Source of the DNA: the human T2T-CHM13v2.0 reference genome, Homo sapiens
DNA: 64,000 nucleotides
Reading direction: 5' to 3' (one strand)
NCBI RefSeq assembly: GCF_009914755.1
Contig: NC_060930.1
Below the pieces are notes generated by a model. That model was not told where the DNA came from. It saw nothing but the letters and a program-made list of their open reading frames with translations, and ran no database searches. The position numbers were made by a program, and so were the translations under genes. This document shows positions 59,473 to 64,000 of the stretch, one piece after another. The first letter of the stretch is position 1. Every line of letters begins with the position of its first letter.

Positions 59473-60090
59473 GGACTGTAAACTAGTTCAACCATTGTGG
59501 AAGTCAGTGTGGCGATTCCTCAGGGTTCTAGAACTAGAAATACCATTTGACCCAGCCATCCCATTACTGAGTATATACCCAAAGGACTATAAATCATGTT
59601 GCTATAAAGACACATGCACTCGTATGTTTATTGTGGCACTATTCACAATAGCAAAGACTTGGAACCAAACCAAATGTCCAACAATGATAGACTGGATTAA
59701 GAAAATGTGGCACCTGTACACCATGGAATACTATGCAGCCATAAAAAATGATGAGTTCATGTCCTTTGTAGGGACATGGATGAAATTGGAAATCATCATT
59801 CTCAGTAAACTATCGCAAGAACAAAAAACCAAACACCGCATGTTCTCACTCAGAGGTGGGAATTGAACAATGAGAACACATGGACACAGGAAGGGGAACA
59901 TCACACTCTGGGGACTGTTGTGGGGTGGGGGGAGGGGGAGGGATAGCATTAGGAGATATACCTAATGCTAAATGACGAGTTAATGGGTGCAGCACACCAG
60001 CATGGCATACGTATACATATGTAACTAACCTCCACATTGTGCACATGTACCCTAAAACTTAAAGTATAATAATAACAAAATTAAATTTTA
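59473..60090 (+). mobile_element. Young 5'-truncated L1 (L1PA2/3-like) fused to the 3' end of the preceding L1
   Basis: A second copy of the ORF2 C-terminus and 3'UTR, with ctaaatgacgagttaatg and gtaactaacc diagnostics; near-identical to 5411-6010. Confidence 0.92.
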
Positions 60091-60186
60091 AAAAAATGTC
60101 AATGGTATATTGATGGGAATAGCATTGAATCTATAAATTACTTTGGGCACTATGGCCATTTTCACGATATTGATTCTTCCTATTCA

Positions 60187-60492
<306 letters not shown>

Positions 60493-63400
60493 TCATCTGG
60501 AAACAGACAATTTGACTTCCTCTCATGCTATTTGAATACGCTTTATTTCTTTCTCTTGCCTGATTACCCTGGCCAGAAATTTCCATAGTATGTTGAATAG
60601 GAGTGATGAGAGACAGCATCCTTGTCTTGTGCTGGTTTTCAAAGGAAATGCTTCTATTATTTTGAGACACATTTCATCAATCCCTACTTTATTGAGAAAT
60701 TTTAGCATGAAGTGGTGTTGAATTTTATCAAAGGTTTTTTCTGCATCTATTGAGATAATCATGTGGTTTTTGTCATTGGTTCTGTTTATGTGATGTATTA
60801 TGTTTATTGATATGCATATGTTGAACCAGCTTTGCATCCCACAGATGAAGACGACTTGATCGTGGTGAATAAGCTGTTTGATGCTCTGCTGGATTCAGTT
60901 TTCCAGTATTCCATTGAGAATTTTTGCATCAATGTTCACCAGGGATATTGGCCTGAAATTTTCTTTTTTTGTTGTGTCTCTGCCAGGTTTTAGTATCAGG
61001 ATGAGACTGGACTCATAAAATGAGTTAGCGATGAGTTTCTCTTTTTCTATTTATTGGAATAGTTTCAGAAGGAATGGTACCAGCTCCTGTTTGTACCTCT
61101 GGTAGAATTTGGATGTGAATCCATCTGCTCCTAAGCTTTCTTTGTTGGTAGATTATTAATTACTGCCTCAATTTCAGAACTTATTATTCGTCTATTCAGA
61201 GATTGAACTTCTTCCTGGTTTAGCCTTGGGAGGGTGTATGCGTCCAGGAATTTATCCATTTCTTCTAGATTTTCTAGTTTATTTGCATAGAGGTGTTTAT
61301 AATATTCTCTGATGGTAGTTTGTATTTCTGTGTGATCAGTGGTGATATGTCCTTTATCACTTTTTATTGTGTCTATTTGATTCTTCTCTCTTTTCTTCTT
61401 TATTAGTCTGGCCAGTGGTCTATTTCATTAATCTTTTTTTAAAAAAAAAACAGCTCTTTGATTCATTGACTTTTTGAAGGGTTTTTCATGTCTTTAACTC
61501 CTTCAGTTCTGCTCTGATTTTAGTTATTTCATGTCATCTGCTAGCTTTTGAATGTGTTTGCTCTTGCTTCTCTAGTTCTTTTAATTGTGATGTTAGGGTG
61601 TCAATTTTAGATCTTTCCCACTTTCTTCTGTGGGCATTTAGTGCTATAAATTTCCCTCTAAACACTGCTTTAGCTGTGTCCCAGAGATTCTGGTACATTG
61701 TGTCTTTGTTCTCATTGGTTTCAGAGAACTTATTTATTTCTGCCTTCATTTTGTTATTTACCCAGTAGTCATTCAGAAGAAGGTTGTTCAGTTTCCATGT
61801 AGTTCTGCGGTTTTGAGTGAGTTTCTTAATTCTGAGTTCTAATTCTATTGCACTGTCGTCTGAGAGACTGTTTGTTATTATTTCGTTTCCTTTCCATTTG
61901 CTGAGGAGTGTTTTACTTCCAATTATGTGCTCAATTTTAGAATAAGTGCAATGTGGTTCTAAGAAGAATGTATATTCTGTTGATTTGGGGTGGAGAGTTC
62001 TTTAGATGACCATTAGTTTTGCTTGGTCCAGAGCTGCGTTCAAGTCCTGGATATCCTTGTTAATTTTCTGTCTCATTGATCTGTCTAATATTGACAGTAG
62101 GGTGTTAAAGTTTCCTACTATTATTGTTTGAGAGTCTAAGCCTCTTTGTAGGTCTCTAAGAACTTGCTTTATGAATTTTAGTGCTCCTATATTGGGTGCA
62201 TATATATTTAAGATACTTAGCTCTCCTTGTTGCATTGATCTTTTTACCATTATGTAATGCCCTTCTTCGTCTCTTTTGATCTTTGTTGATTTAAAGTCTG
62301 TTTTATCAGAGACCAGGATTTCAACCCCTGCCTTTTTTTTTTTTCTTTCCTTTTGCTTGGTAAATAGTCCTCCATTTCTTTATTTATAGCCTATGTATGT
62401 CTTTGCACGTGAGATGGATCTCCTGAATACAGCACACTGATGGGTGTTGGCTCCTTATCCAATTTGCCAGTCTTTGTGTTTTAATTGGGGCATTTAGCCC
62501 ATTTACATTTAAAGTTAATATTGTTATGTGTGAATTTGATCCTGTCACTATGATGCTAGCTGGTTATTTTGCCCACTAGTTGATGCAGTTTCTTTATAGT
62601 GCCGAATGTCTTTACTATTTGGTATGTTTTTGCAGTGGCTGGTACAACTTTTTCCTTTCCATATTTAGTGCTTCCTTCAGGAGCTCTTGTAAGGCAGGCC
62701 TAGTGGTGACAAAATCCCTCAGCATTTGCTTGTCTGGATTTTATTTCTCCTTCTCTTATGAAGCTTAGTTTGGCTGGATATGAAATTGTGGGTTGAAATT
62801 CTTTTCCTTAACAATGTTGAATATGGGCTGCCCCTATCTTCTGGCTTGTAGGGTTTCTGGAGAGAGATCCGCTGTTAGTCTGATGGGCTTTCCTTTGTGT
62901 GTAACCCGACCTTTCTCTCTGGCTGCCCTTAACATTTTTTCCTTCATTTCTACCTTGGTGAATCTGACAATTATGTATCTTGGCATTGCTCTTCTTAAGG
63001 AGTATCTTTGTGGTGTTCTCTGTATTTCTTGAATTTGAATGTGAGCTTTTCTTGCTAGACTGGGGAAGTTCTCCTGGATAATATCCTGAAAAGTGTTTTC
63101 CAACTTGGTTCTATTCTCCCCATCACTTTCAGGTACACCAATCAAACGTAGGTTTGGTCTTTTCACATAGTCCTACATTTCTTGGAGGCTGTTTGTTCCT
63201 TTTCATTTTTTTTCTCTAATCTTGTCTTCACACTTTATTTCATTAGGTTGATCTTCAATCCCTGATATCCTTTCTTCTCCTTGATCAATTCAGCTACAGA
63301 TACTTGTGTATGCTTCATGAAGTTCTCATGCTGTGTTTTTCAGCTCCATCAGGTCATTTATTTCTCTAAACTGGTTATTCTAGTTTGCAATTCCTCTAAC

Positions 63401-64000
63401 CTTTTGTCAGCGATCTTAGCTTCCTTGCATTGGGTTACAACATGCTCCTTTATCTTGGAGGAGATTGTTATTCCCACCTACTGAAGCCTGCTTCTGCCAA
63501 TTCATTAAATTCCTTCTCCCATCAGTTTTATTCCCTTGCTGGTGAGGAGTTTTGATCCTTTGGAGGAGAAAAGGCATTCTGGTATTTGGAATTTTCAGAC
63601 TTTTTGTGCTTGCTTTTCCTCATCTTCATGGATTTATCTACCTTTAGTCTTTGTTGTTGGTGACCTTCAAATGGGGTTTTTGTGTGGATGTCCTATTTGT
63701 TGATGTTGATGCTATTCCTTTCTGTTTGTTAGTTTTTGTTTTTGCTTTTGTTTTTTTCTAGCAGTCAGGCCCTTCTTCTGCAGGTCTGCTGGAGTTTGAT
63801 GCAGGTCCACTCCAGACTCTGCTTGCCTGGGTATCACTAGTGGAGGCTGCAGAACAGCAAAGAATGCTGCCTGTTCATTCCTCTGAAAAGTTCATCCCAG
63901 AGGGTCACCCGCCAGATGTCAGCCGGAGCTCTTCTGTATGAGGTGTCTGTCAACCCCTTCTGGAAGGTGCCTTCCAGTCAGGAGGCATGGGGGTCAGGGA

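Overview
Primate (very likely human) AT-rich, L1-dense genomic DNA with no intact protein-coding gene. Nearly all ORFs in the supplied track are L1, Alu or LTR debris or chance frames. Two non-repeat fossils stand out. (1) A multi-exon, unprocessed pseudogene of a HUNK-like (AMPK-related, CAMK-group) Ser/Thr kinase lies on the + strand. Seven exons can be rebuilt by hand from 6819 to 23496, covering the kinase domain and a UBA-like domain, and weaker candidate C-terminal exons extend to about 38000. It carries nonsense codons, frameshifts, two dead splice donors and destroyed HRD/DFG motifs. Its diagnostic residues fit a HUNK paralogue I recall from fish and birds better than HUNK itself, which suggests a lost vertebrate kinase gene (unitary pseudogene). 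(2) A ~2-kb processed, TSD-flanked retrocopy of the 3' part of the lncRNA NORAD sits at 45380-47400, with ~300-nt repeat units and two intact PUMILIO elements. The rest is nested transposons: an Alu in a MER4-type LTR in an L1, an L1PA in MSTA in an L1M, a MER82 split by a 6-kb L1MA, and a full-length L1 inside an antisense L1. Family names and comparisons to HUNK and NORAD come from memory and were not checked by search.
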